The notes beneath the pieces are model-generated. The model had not been told where the DNA came from. It worked only from the letters and a program-made list of their open reading frames with translations, and did no database searches. Shown one piece after another: positions 1 to 11,297 of a stretch of 64,000 nucleotides of DNA. Position numbers and translations under genes: made by a program. Source of the DNA: Octopus vulgaris (taxonomy: Eukaryota); NCBI GenBank assembly GCA_951406725.2, contig OX597825.1, positions 80,786,001 to 80,850,000 of the forward strand, read 5' to 3'. Within the stretch, counting starts at the first letter, position 1. Each line of letters opens with the position of its first letter.

Positions 1-484
1 TTTTTAAAATCCTCACAACGTAGCAGTTCGGCCAAAAGCGTTCGATAAATTGACCCGAAAATATGTATTCGGGTAAATTTGTTCAACTCAATCCTTCAAT
101 GTTTTGCCCCAGCATGGCCACAGTTCAATGACTGAAACAAGTGGGAAAGAATTAAAAAATAATGGTTATTGTGGGCGATGATTAAACACTCCATATTTGT
201 ACACAGATTCAGTTCATTCCACCCAGGTAAAAAAAAAACTACAAAATATACAGAAGAAAGCAAAACAAAAGACCACTCCTGCAGTTACCTGGGTGGATTA
301 TTGACTCGCATTTTACTGAGTCTATAGAAAAAAAATTCTATTTATTTACTATTTAGAAATAAAGAAACGATGAATTAGTTGGTACAGGGTGTGTGGGGGA
401 GAAAGAGAAAAGGCAGCCAAGTAGAACAGTTTATAGATAAATAGATAGAGAGATGGGTAGATTGACAGATAGATAGATAGAAGG

Positions 485-537
<53 letters not shown>

Positions 538-965
538 AGAGAGAGAGTGGTTGTGTTTTGAGGGTGTGACATGAAAGGGAATGTATTTTTAATGTTGTGA
601 ACGTCACAAAAGGAAACTTTTCACGCCTTGCTAAGCAGCGTAATGTTCAAAATTTATAGGTCTGAGTCAGGACACAAGTATGCCACAGGAGAAATACATT
701 CATCATAAAAAAGTTATTTCTGACGACCATAAAGCAACACTATGAAAGCAAAACAGATTAACAATGGAGTCAATGATATGCTTCAAGTTGCGGCCATCCA
801 AATCGCCCTCAAATGCCCATCTCTTGCCCGTCTTATTGTTTTAGTCAAAGGACAGTCGCACTGATTGAGAATAACCTATAATCAAAGCCATTACATTGTT
901 TCTCTTTCGCTTTTGTTTCATATATATGTTTCATTTAACACACTACTTTCATGGCACTCCTACAT

Positions 966-967
966 TC

Positions 968-1005
<38 letters not shown>

Positions 1006-1075
1006 CTTCTTCTTCTTCTTCTTCTTCTTCTTCTTCTTCTTCTTCTTCTTCTTCTTCTTCTTCTTCTTCTTCTTC
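966..1075. repeat. compound microsatellite (TTG)n(TTC)n
   Basis: Visible directly; source of the poly-V/L/C/S/F pseudo-ORFs. Confidence 0.95.
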
Positions 1076-1370
1076 CCTGCCAAGAATTCACAACGACCTC
1101 GAACCCGCAAGAGTAAACAAGAGAGACAGAGACAGGCAGAAACAAGGAAAATGACACTTGTATTTGAACACTATGCAAATATTCTTTTAAAAAAATTTAT
1201 CTTTTAATTTTCCCAAAATTTAATTGTTTTCCATACTTACAGTTGAAAAAGTCTCAATGTCTGGAACCGGTACTGAAATGTTTTTTTATAAAATTAGTCT
1301 AGCATTTTCTATATTGACATTTTTCCATTTTTTTCTCTCCTTGTTTCTTTTCGTGTTTCTTTTCTGTGTA

Positions 1371-1408
1371 TCTTTCTGTTGAAGAGCGTAGGCTCGAAAC
1401 GTAAAAGA
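1371..1408 (+). ncRNA. minimal type-I hammerhead ribozyme-like motif (A6U core variant), Penelope-like terminal repeat remnant
   Basis: TCTTT-CTGTTGA-A-GAGC gtag GCTC-GAAA-CG-TA^-AAAGA: stem I TCTTT/AAAGA, stem II GAGC/GCTC, palindromic stem III ACGT; related copies at 18579 and 62100. Confidence 0.6.
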
Positions 1409-1504
1409 CTTGTTTTATTTATATTCCTGAGCGCCATACTAATACAATTGTTTGTTTGTATTCCACCTGCCTTCGTCTTTTGTTTATTTTCATAAAGCTT
1501 CCCG

Positions 1505-1575
<71 letters not shown>

Positions 1576-1602
1576 AATATGTTACATTACTCGATAGTCA
1601 AG

Positions 1603-1655
1603 ATAAAACTCTGAGTTTCAGATGCCGAAGTGGGAATCCACGACATCTCTTCTTA

Positions 1656-1656
<1 letters not shown>
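1603..1656 (-). ncRNA. degenerate hammerhead-like motif between (TA)n tracts
   Basis: Minus strand ...GAAGA-GATGTCG...CGGCATC-T-GAAA-CTCAGAG-TT; the 5' CU of the core is missing. Confidence 0.3.
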
Positions 1657-1706
<50 letters not shown>

Positions 1707-1709
<3 letters not shown>

Positions 1710-1780
1710 TAATTAGGCCCGATGTTGCTTAACTTCGGTGATGGCATGAAAACTGGCGTTTTCAAAGTGATATGGCCGTA
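1707..1780 (-). pseudogene. 5S rRNA-derived fragment (5' ~75 nt; pseudogene or SINE3-type head)
   Basis: Minus strand TACGGCCATATCACTTTGAAAACGCCAGTTTTCATGCCATCACCGAAGTTAAGCAACATCGGGCCTAATTAGTA matches the 5' two-thirds of metazoan 5S rRNA with substitutions, then runs into (TA)n. Confidence 0.8.
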
Positions 1781-1786
1781 TGAAGT

Positions 1787-1880
1787 GTAGGACAAAAGCC
1801 CCCTACGACAAAACCCCCCGGACAAAAAACCCTTGGGCAAACCCCCATAGTTATGTGTAGAAGGGGACAAAAGCCTCCAC
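1787..1880 (+). repeat. short GGACAAAAGCCCC-type repeats, probable DNA-transposon subterminal region
   Basis: About 5 degenerate GGACAAAA(A/G)CCCC units. Confidence 0.45.
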
Positions 1881-3425
1881 GGTTATATTTTCGGTTATTT
1901 TTATTTTTTTTCACTTTTTACTTGTTTCAGTCATTAGACTGTGGCCATGCTGGGGCATCGCCTTGAAGAATTTTTAGTCGAATGTATCGACGCTAGAATT
2001 TTTCCTTTTTACTTGTTGTAGTTATTAAACTGCGGCAATACTGGGGCACCTCCTTGAGGAATTTTTAGTCGGATGTATCGACTTTTGTCCGGATCTCGGG
2101 CGTCTGATATAAAGAAGAATGCATTTTGGATTAAAAAAACAAACCAATATGAGAGTTTCTCTCGAGGTAACTACCGCAGTATAGTTTGTTCTAACAGTAC
2201 GTTCACGTTCAATTGGGGATGCATATTATTTTTTGTTTTATGGACATACTGGCACAAGTATGGCTCTGTGGTAATAAGTTTGCTTCCCAACAATATGGTT
2301 CCAGGTTCAGTCCTACTCCGTGACACCTTCGGCAAGTTTCTTCTACTAGACTCGTATGTATATATAATATTTGAAGAAAAGAAGGATAAAGAAAAGAAAG
2401 ATTTTCACCAACCGCAAGGTTTTTTTTAACATAACACTCGCGATTGTCGAGGGATTACTGCATAAGTAATTGTTACATAGCTGGTGTAGCTGTGTAGTAA
2501 GAGGCTGGCTTCCCAGCCACGTGGTTCTGAGTTCAGTCCCACTGTGTGGAACCTTGGGCAAGTGTCTTCAGCTATATTGGTGAAAATCCGCGAAGTAGAA
2601 ACTGTACTGTATTTTTTGAAAATCATTTTTATAATGTGTTTATATTTATTTTATTATAAATGCAAAACAACACCACAGAGGAATCGACGTAGGCTTAAAT
2701 AATAAACGGCGACAGGTGAACCACAATATGGTGAGGGATACCATTAAAGTAACCAATCCTTTCCCGAATATGGTCGGAATATGCACTAAAAGCTATCCTT
2801 TCTTTACAAAACCCTGTGTTTACACAGATTTGGCCTTGATCACGACGAGGTTAAAGCAGCTAACAAAGAAAAAAAAAACCATACAAAGAACTGTTTTGGG
2901 AAGTACAATCTGACTGACGCATATTGTTGCAGAAGTCATAGGTCAACAGCTTCTTCAAGTTGTTTAGAATTGAGTCCACATAATGTCTTCCGAAAGGGAC
3001 ATTAACCAAAATAGCTCCATAGCCTTACGTGTGTTGGCTGAAATCAGTGACAAATGGAAGACAACAAGAGCCCCAGAAAACATAGGATTTATTCATTTAG
3101 GACAAAATGGCCTGAGTCTGCAGAATGAATTAATTAGAATATTTGTAACCAGTCAAACACTCGAACAAGTTTTTTTTGGGGGGAGGGCAGCTTTGGAACA
3201 GACCAAAGACCGTTCTAGAAATTAGACATCATCAGCTGAGTAGCATAGCTAGAGTGTGTGCTGCCGAAGGAAAACCTCGAGCTTGTTGTCCCACCAAGTT
3301 TCGAAGATATACAGGCTTTTACAGCAGGCTCAAAGTCCTTACTCTTAGCGGATCGCCTCTCGCCCTCACCGTCCCTTCACGAAATCTGAGATTCCATTTA
3401 GATTCAAGCTCTGTGGAAGGATATA

Positions 3426-3667
3426 TCTATATATATAAAACTGTAGTTGTGTGAGTGTCTGTCTCCTTCGATTTAGATTCCTAACTACTCCCATATTTTG
3501 CGGTGCAGTTTAACCAAATTCGGGTATCTTATAGTCGTGATTTATATCGAGCCCGTCTGAGTATTAGCGCGCGTCTACGATGAGTCTACGATTTTAAAAA
3601 TAATTTAACATCATTTTTTATTCCATTTTAATGCATAATTTTTCGTGTGTCAATGGCGGCGGAGTTT
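3426..3667 (+). mobile_element. non-autonomous Helitron, 3'-truncated copy
   Basis: Starts TCTATATATATAAAACTG and is near-identical to the 5' half of the complete copy at 34536. Confidence 0.8.
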
Positions 3668-3830
3668 ATACTCATACATGCATGTATTATACTCATACAT
3701 GCTTATGAGTATAATACAGTAAAGAATTTCGTCTGGACTATATAAAAGAGAGGCAGACCCTGGGAGAAAGTTTTTAATGATGTCAGACAGAACAAAAAGT
3801 GTAAGTAAATGGACCCATTACAACGAGATT

Positions 3831-4211
3831 GGAGGCGCAATGGCCCAGTGGTTAGGGCAGCGGACTCGCGGTCATAGGATCGCGGTTTCGATTCCCAGAC
3901 CGGGCGTTGTGAGTGTTTATTGAGCGAAAACACCTAAAGCTCCACGAGGCTCCGGCAGGGATGGTGGTGATCCCTGCTGTACTCTTTCACCACAACTTTC
4001 TCTCACTCTTACTTCCTGTTTCTGTTGTACCTGTATTTCAAAGGGCCGGCCTTGTCACTCTCTGTGTCACGCTGAATATCCCCGAGAACTACGTTAAGGG
4101 TACACGTGTCTGTGGAGTGCTCAGCCACTTACACGTTAATTTCACGAGCAGGCTGTTCCGTTGATCGGATCAACCGGAACCCTCGTCGTCGCAACCGACG
4201 GAGTGCTTCCC
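3831..4211 (+). mobile_element. tRNA-derived SINE family S1, full length with 12-bp TSD
   Basis: A box TGGCCCAGTGG, B box-like GGTTTCGATTCCC; TSD TACAACGAGATT at 3819-3830 and 4212-4223; near-identical copies at 26993 and 42169. Confidence 0.9.
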
Positions 4212-4815
4212 TACAACGAGATTTTATCAATACTACGTGTGTTCCACTTTTCAAAGTCACACACACTTTCATGTTCAATTTATTACTTTTATGTTTATAA
4301 TAATGTAAACGAAGAATAATGTCCACTTATAAATCTATGAGCAATATAATGTACGCAATATATTTACCTCAGCATGATATTTATAATGCTTCTTTTATTG
4401 CAGTTTCAGTATATAAGACACGCCTTCGTTCTTGATTACGTTACCTAAATGGCATTATAGTGAGTTGAAGGCTTTCATAATGTATAAACTGATACAGGTG
4501 ATTTATAAAAATAAGTAATAAATACTTTTCTTTAAGATTTTTATTGCTACGCATTTATTTTTTATCGCAGACGTTCTTCAAAGTTTTTTTTGTTTTTTCC
4601 ATGTTGAACTCGAAAAATCTTCCCCCCCCCCGCCTCGAAGGAGTGGCATCTCTTTAACACACTGCTACAAAAAATTTCACTATGCAGTCATTCTCTGACT
4701 CACTCTCTCCTTCTCTCGCACAAATCATCAGACACATGTGTGTGTCTATATATGTACACAGAGTGACCCAAGGTTTCGTATTCACAAAGCCAAAACCTTG
4801 TGGACATGTCTTCAG

Positions 4816-4874
<59 letters not shown>

Positions 4875-5025
4875 GGATAAGCAAGTTAGGCAAGCCGATA
4901 TGCAAAAATATTAAATACATTCAATATAAAAAAATGTACATATGTTTACATATAAAAAAAGATCCAAATTACACAGAATAGAAATGATATCAGGAATAAA
5001 AGAGGCCGAATAAGAGTTTTACGAG

Positions 5026-5108
5026 TCCAACAGCTGTTTCTGGTGGTCCAAAATAACGATTGTAAATTGATTACATCATCGGATAATACCAGCCTCCATC
5101 TTCAGGGA
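5026..5108 (-). ncRNA. type-I hammerhead ribozyme motif with extended stem II
   Basis: Minus strand TCC-CTGAAGA-TGG...CCA-GAAA-CAGCTG-TT^-GGA; palindromic stem III ACAGCTGT. Confidence 0.7.
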
Positions 5109-6127
5109 AGAATTTTACATTTGAGGTGTTGACAGAAAGGAGATTAGAGATTTTATATGTAAACATGTAATTTTTTTGTATCAAATGTATTTAATATTTT
5201 TTCGCTAACTTGCTTATTCTTACATTTACTCCTCTACATGCTCAAGTTTAAATCTCTTGAACATTAAGAAAGGTATTTCGTGCGGAGTATATCTGTCTCT
5301 CATCTACGTATGTATGTATGTATGTATGTATGTATGTATGTATGTATGTATACATATACATACATACATACATATATATATATATATTTTTTTTTCTAAT
5401 ATATATATATATATATATATCTTAGAAAAAATAAGGTATTCAGAGATGCTTTTACAAATCACATACTTTCATCTACTCTAATAGATTCTTCAGATTTAAA
5501 TTGTATGAAGGGATTTGTCTCTTTTGATAGTATTAGTGAATGGTTTGGGGTGGAGAGAGAGAGGGGGGGGAACAAGAGTAATGTGGAATGTAAAGGATAG
5601 GAAAAGAGAGGAATGGAGAGATAGTGGAGGGAAAAAGTGAGAGAGAGTGTGTGTGTTTGTGTGTGTGTATGCGTGTGTGTGTATGTGTGTGTGCCTGTGT
5701 ATCTGAAAGGAAGTGTTTTGAACAAGAGATAAAGAAAAAGAATGTTTTTAAGTAGGTGGCTGGAACAGATGCTTACTTTGGTTCAGCCAGCTCACCAGTA
5801 GGTCTGAAAGAAAAATGTTTTCAAAGTGAAAAAATGTGTTTTTTTGCTTAATATCAATAGAAAATAGAAGGAAAGAAAGAAAGGAAGAAAGACAGAAGAA
5901 AAATTGTGTTTATATCTATACATAGTTCTCTTGGGGAGATTCAGTGTCGCACAAAATGTTACAAGGCCGGCCCTTTTCGAAATACAGGTACAACTCATTT
6001 TCGCCAGCTGAGTGGAGTGGAGGAAGGTGAAATAAAGTGTCTTGCTCAAGAACACAAAGCAGGACCGGGTATCGAACTCAGGACGTTGCGATCGTGAGCC
6101 GAATATCCTAACCATTATTCCACGCAC

Positions 6128-6413
6128 ACACAGAGACCACATACACATTTAAACACACTCACCCACATAAACATACGCATACTGACACATAAACACATTT
6201 ATACACGCTCACACACACACACACACTCACACACAGAGACCACATACACATTTAAACATACTTACCCACATAAACATACACATACTGACACATAAACACA
6301 TTTATACACGCTCACACACACACACACACTCACACACAGAGACCACATACACATTTAAACATACTTACCCACATAAACATACACATACTGACACATAAAC
6401 ACATTTATACACG

Positions 6414-6440
<27 letters not shown>
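6128..6440. repeat. CA-rich minisatellite, ~103-bp unit x3
   Basis: CACACAGAGACCACATACACATTTAAAC... recurs at ~6128, ~6231 and ~6334. Confidence 0.85.
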
Positions 6441-6455
<15 letters not shown>

Positions 6456-6894
6456 TAAACACACGCAGTGGTGCGTAATGATTTTTCATAAGTTTTATAC
6501 GCTCTAAATATAATTACTCAAGATACCCCTTTCTCCCTCTCTCCCCTCCTATACATATTTCAGCGCAATGATTAAAATGTTTTCTCACAATGCTGTAATT
6601 AATTAATACGCTTCATGACGTCATGACGAAATAATATTTCTCCTACAATAATTCATGTCTGTTTTAAGTGTTTTATTCAGGTAGCCAAAGTTTGTCCGTG
6701 CGGTCTTCTTTTACTCGTCCTCCGCCAGACGCAACTGACCTGGTTAACCGAATTAACCTAGCTGACCCCGTTTGACCCAGTTAACCTGACTAACCCGGTT
6801 GATTTGGCCCCAGAAATAACGCTTCAAGACGCGACTCCTTTCAGTCACGGGTTCTCCGTTTATCAACAACCGGATAATCTACAATCTCTTTTAC

Positions 6895-7316
<422 letters not shown>

Positions 7317-7320
<4 letters not shown>

Positions 7321-7481
7321 TCACTCAGGCTTGCGAGAAAGGGATGGCCTCCCTTTGCAAATACTCCAAAGACAGAGATATTGTGTTTAGAGCCAGCTAG
7401 AGACGAAGATCTCTTGGGGCTATAAAGCTACAGTAACAACACCCTCCCCAATGTGGTTAGCCATGATAAGATGGCTTCTAT
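7317..7481 (+). repeat. left 165-bp direct repeat
   Basis: CGTATCACTCAGGCTTGCG...GATAAGATGGCTTCTAT; contains TATAAA at 7421. Confidence 0.95.
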
Positions 7482-7755
7482 ACCTTACATTATCGAGCGA
7501 TTACTGTTTCAATCTCATTCTGAGATTTAATTATGCTTACTGTTCGTTTTTCGACATCAGTGGCAGACGCCATTAGAAAAACTTATATCCATTTGCAATG
7601 ACCGCTGCCTGTTGAGTGAGTTCGTTGCCGTTTGTGTGTTTTGTCTGTTTGTGTATTATTATTGAACTGTTGATTACGTTGATGTTGAGTGGAGGTGGTG
7701 AGTTCGAGTGATTTGTTTGAGGTGTTGAGGGATTTTTTTTTGGTTTTTCTTCAAA

Positions 7756-9060
7756 ATGCAAACCCAAACATACGCAGGAGCAGCAAGCAAGGATTTAACT
7801 ACTAACGAAATACAGTTGGAAGACGTCACAATAGAAAATGATATTTTGAAGAGTTACTTCGACAGCTTGAAAAGGGAAGGTGACTGTGTAAGGATTACAC
7901 CACCTGAAGAAGAAGCTAAAGAAGCTGAAAAACGGATAACATACCGAACATGGAAGGTAGATTCAAAGAAAATAGAATTGGCAGAAACTGCCGAGATTGA
8001 ATGTTGTCTGCAGAAACTTGAAGGAGAGCCTACCTTCTATAACAGAGGTAGAAAATTTGCAACAGTTGTTGTCCATTTTAAAAGCGAAGACGATGCGAAG
8101 AAGAACGCTACGCAAATATTAAAATCAGAAAAATGGATTTTATTACCTAGTTATTGTGGGAAAAGAGCAGTTAGAATAAGAATAAGTAAGATTTTGCCAG
8201 AGCTAAAAATGGAGAGAACATTAGCAGCAGTTGTCTTTAACTGCAAAGAAAGTGTTGAAATTTTAAATGTAAAAAGATCTCAAGATGTACAATGGTGGGG
8301 TTATGCAGTGCAGGTTGTGATTCATGTAACCATACCTGATCTGTATAAAATCCCAGAGGAGTTGGTTTTCCCCGACGAGACTCGACTGAGAGTCATGGTG
8401 GAGGGCAGACCACCAGTGTGCTACAAGTGCAAAATAAGAGGACACATGAAAGATGCATGTCCGACTAGAACATTGAACAACAATAAGACAGATGTGGTGC
8501 AAGCGGAAACGGTGGAATGTGTAAACACAGAAATTGCAGAAAGTGGTGAAGAAAAAACAGATGGAAAAGAAGATAGAAAAAGAGCGAGGGTGGAATCACC
8601 ACCTACAGCTCAAAAAAAGAAAAAAAAAACGAAAAATAAGACTATAGAGGAAAAGGATGATAGAATGTACGAAGATAAGAGAATAAAAGAGCCAGAGATA
8701 GAAGAGGAACGTTTATCGATAGAACAAAAGTGGGATAGAAAAGTGTCAGAGAAGTTAAAAGCATGTAAAGAAGGAAGAAGACCAGTAGGAAATAATCTCA
8801 AGGCAGTAATTTTATACATGAAAGATAAAGAAATAGAAAAAAGACTGGCAGGTAAGAAAGGGTTAATAAGAGTTAGGCTAAACCCAGAAATATTTGATGA
8901 TAAAGTAAAGTCGGTGATAGTAGATAAAGAGACATTTTTAAAATTGAAAAGTGTTTTTCCAGGTATTTACATAACGCAATATGTTCGATTCGAGAGTTTG
9001 CCTGCAATAATAGAACAGGAAGATATTTTAGAGTACTTAACAGATGAACGGCCAGTATAA
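7756..9060 (+). CDS. 434-aa gag/LINE ORF1-like nucleic-acid-binding protein (putative RRM-like region, CCHC zinc knuckle, basic region)
   Basis: Only long complex uninterrupted ORF in the window; N-terminal TYAGAA motif, RGRKFATVVVHFKSEDDA, LRVMVEGRPPVCYKCKIRGHMKDAC (CX2CX4HX4C), KKKKKTKNK. Confidence 0.85.
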   Translation: MQTQTYAGAASKDLTTNEIQLEDVTIENDILKSYFDSLKREGDCVRITPPEEEAKEAEKRITYRTWKVDSKKIELAETAEIECCLQKLEGEPTFYNRGRKFATVVVHFKSEDDAKKNATQILKSEKWILLPSYCGKRAVRIRISKILPELKMERTLAAVVFNCKESVEILNVKRSQDVQWWGYAVQVVIHVTIPDLYKIPEELVFPDETRLRVMVEGRPPVCYKCKIRGHMKDACPTRTLNNNKTDVVQAETVECVNTEIAESGEEKTDGKEDRKRARVESPPTAQKKKKKTKNKTIEEKDDRMYEDKRIKEPEIEEERLSIEQKWDRKVSEKLKACKEGRRPVGNNLKAVILYMKDKEIEKRLAGKKGLIRVRLNPEIFDDKVKSVIVDKETFLKLKSVFPGIYITQYVRFESLPAIIEQEDILEYLTDERPV

Positions 9061-9254
9061 CAGAACTGTATTTTAAATGATTTTACGAGTTTTGGGGGGC
9101 TTGTAAACATTCCATATAATTCATTATACATAATTCATTTCATGACATATTTTATTTTATTCTATGTACCCCACGTCCCGTTTTTGTATCGTCCCCTCTA
9201 TTTTTCGGGCCATCGTGCCTATAATAAAGATTTTCATCGCTACCTGGTGGTTAC

Positions 9255-9297
9255 CGCCCGTTGACGAGGGACAACCATCCCGAAACTAGTTCGAGCG
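9255..9297 (+). ncRNA. minimal type-I hammerhead ribozyme
   Basis: CGCCCG-TTGACGA-GGGA caacca TCCC-GAAA-CTAG-TT^-CGAGCG: stem I 5/6 bp, stem II 4 bp, palindromic stem III ACTAGT, predicted cut 9291/9292. Confidence 0.75.
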
Positions 9298-9460
9298 TAT
9301 CACTCAGGCTTGCGAGGAAGGGATGGCCTCCCTTTGCAAATACTCCAAAGACACAGATATTGTGTTTAGAGCCAGCTAGAGACGAAGATCTCTTGGGGCT
9401 ATAAAGCTACAGTAACAACCCCCTCCCCAATGTGGTTAGCCATGATAAGATGGCTTCTAT
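9296..9460 (+). repeat. right 165-bp direct repeat
   Basis: Copy of 7317-7481 with 3 substitutions. Confidence 0.95.
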
Positions 9461-9461
9461 C

Positions 9462-9531
<70 letters not shown>

Positions 9532-9619
9532 GTGTGTGTGTGTATGTATGTATATATATATATGTGTGTGTGTTTGTTTGTGAGTGTGTGTGTGTGTGTT
9601 TGTTTGTGGGTGTGTGTGT

Positions 9620-9830
9620 ATTTGTGTGTCTGTGTTTGTTCCCCACCATCGCTTGACAACCGATGCTGGTGTGTTTACGTCCCCCGTAACTTATCGGTCC
9701 GCAAAAGAGACCGATAGATTAAGTTCTAGGCTGACAAAGAATAAAGTCCTGATGTTGATACGCTCGACTAACACCCCTTGTAAGTGGTGCTCCAGCACGG
9801 CCACACTCAGATGACTGAAACAAGTGAAAG
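9620..9830 (+). mobile_element. SINE family S2, 3' half
   Basis: CATCGCTTGACAACCGATGCTGGTGTGTTTACGTCC...GACTGAAACAAG. Confidence 0.8.
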
Positions 9831-10484
9831 GAACAATAAAAAAAAAAATCAGTGATGCAGTATATCGTGGCGGGTAGTGGTGGGGGAGACTCTGTTAGGC
9901 GCAAATAACAGACGTGGCCTTATGTGGGGCAAGAAAGAAGAAGAAGAAGGCGAGCTTTGTTATGGTCGCTTGTTGTCCTACTAATTAAAATGAACGTCTT
10001 GTATAAAATTTCAGAGAACAGTGAATTGTTATGAAAATGAAAGCTTCTCGCTTCCTCTCCGTTCTCATTGACACCCATAGAAATCTGAGAACTAGGTTAC
10101 ATAACATACGATTTCTAATCTGTTGCCTAGGTTACACGAGTAATTATTTATACAGTAAATCTAGAAAAAAACTGCGTTTTGCAAAATACAATGTATTCAC
10201 TTTGAAAACACCTCTTAGCAAAAAAATCTTCAGTGGCAATGTTATTAAAACTGCAGAATTTTATCTAAAGAACAGGACCAGACACCGGCATGGCTCTGAG
10301 GTAAGAAGCCTTGCTTTCCAACTACATGATTTCAGGTTCAATCTCTCTGCTTGGCACTTCAGGTAAGTGTCTTTTACTGTAGATCCAAGCTGACCAAAAC
10401 CTTGTGGAGGAATTTGGTGAACGGAAGCTGAAAGCAGCCTTTCATGTGCGCGCGCGCGCGTGTGTATATATATAGATATATATT

Positions 10485-10805
10485 GTGGCTGTGTGGTAAG
10501 TGGCTTGCTTACCAGCTTCATGGTTCCGGGTTCAGTCCCACTGCGTGGTACCTAAGGCAAGTGTCTTCTACTATAGCCTCGGGCCGACCAAAGCCTTGTG
10601 AGTGGATTTGATTGACGGAAACTGAAAGAAGCCCGTCGAATATATATATGCATACATACGACGGGCTTCTTTCAGTTTCCGTCTACCAAATCCACTCACA
10701 AGGCTTTTGGTCGACCCGAGGCTATAATAGAAGACACTTACTCAAGGTGCCACGCAGTGGGACTGAACCCGGAACCATGTGGTTGGTAAGCAAGCTACTT
10801 ATCAC
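10485..10805. mobile_element. two S2 SINE 5' halves in inverted orientation
   Basis: 10485-10637 (+) and 10660-10805 (-) are the same tRNA/CORE-like head facing each other across a short TA-rich spacer. Confidence 0.85.
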
Positions 10806-10880
10806 AATTTTTTCAGTTGGGGGAGATCATCCAATTTTTGAATGGGGGTGAGATCACCAAAAAGTACCGGACGGAGTTTA

Positions 10881-11297
10881 ACCTATTTCTTTACTACCCA
10901 CAAGGGGCTAAACACAGAGAGGACAAACAAGGATAGACAAACGGATTAAGTCGATTACATCGACCCCAGTGTGTAACTGGTACTTAATTTATCGACCCCG
11001 AAAGGATGAAAGGCAAAGTCGACCACGGTGGAATTTGAACTCAGAACGTAACAGCAGACGAAATACCTATTTCTTTATTACCCACAAGGGGCTAAACATA
11101 GAGGGGACAAACAATGACAGACATAGGTATTAAGTCGATTACATCGACCCCAGTGCGTAACTGGTACTTAATTTATCGACCCCGAAAGGATGAAAGGCAA
11201 AGTCGACCTCGGCGGAATTTGAACTCAGAACGTAGCGGCAGACAAAATACGGTTAAGCATTTCTCCCGGCGTGCTAACCATTCTGCCAGCTCGCGGC
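10881..11297 (-). mobile_element. SINE family S3 with tandem duplication of its 3' part
   Basis: ACCTATTTCTTTA(C/T)TACCCACAAGGGGCTAAAC...GACGAAAT unit at 10881 and 11065; GCCTTTCATCCTTTCGGGGTCGATAAATTAAGTACCAG central domain on the minus strand. Confidence 0.85.

Noticed and set aside
865-1207. Low-complexity ORFs (poly-YI, HT, CV, LSIY, N, K) here and throughout the window
   Set aside because: They are translations of microsatellites with no coding signal
2850-3420. Possible decayed LINE coding fragment
   Set aside because: Too degenerate to assign a family by eye
3831-3910. tRNA-Arg-like gene
   Set aside because: It is the head of a multi-copy SINE with a TSD, not a stand-alone cloverleaf
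6735-6810. TAACC-like telomeric repeats
   Set aside because: Irregular 9-10 bp AACC/GACC units rather than a telomeric array; more likely a transposon subterminal remnant
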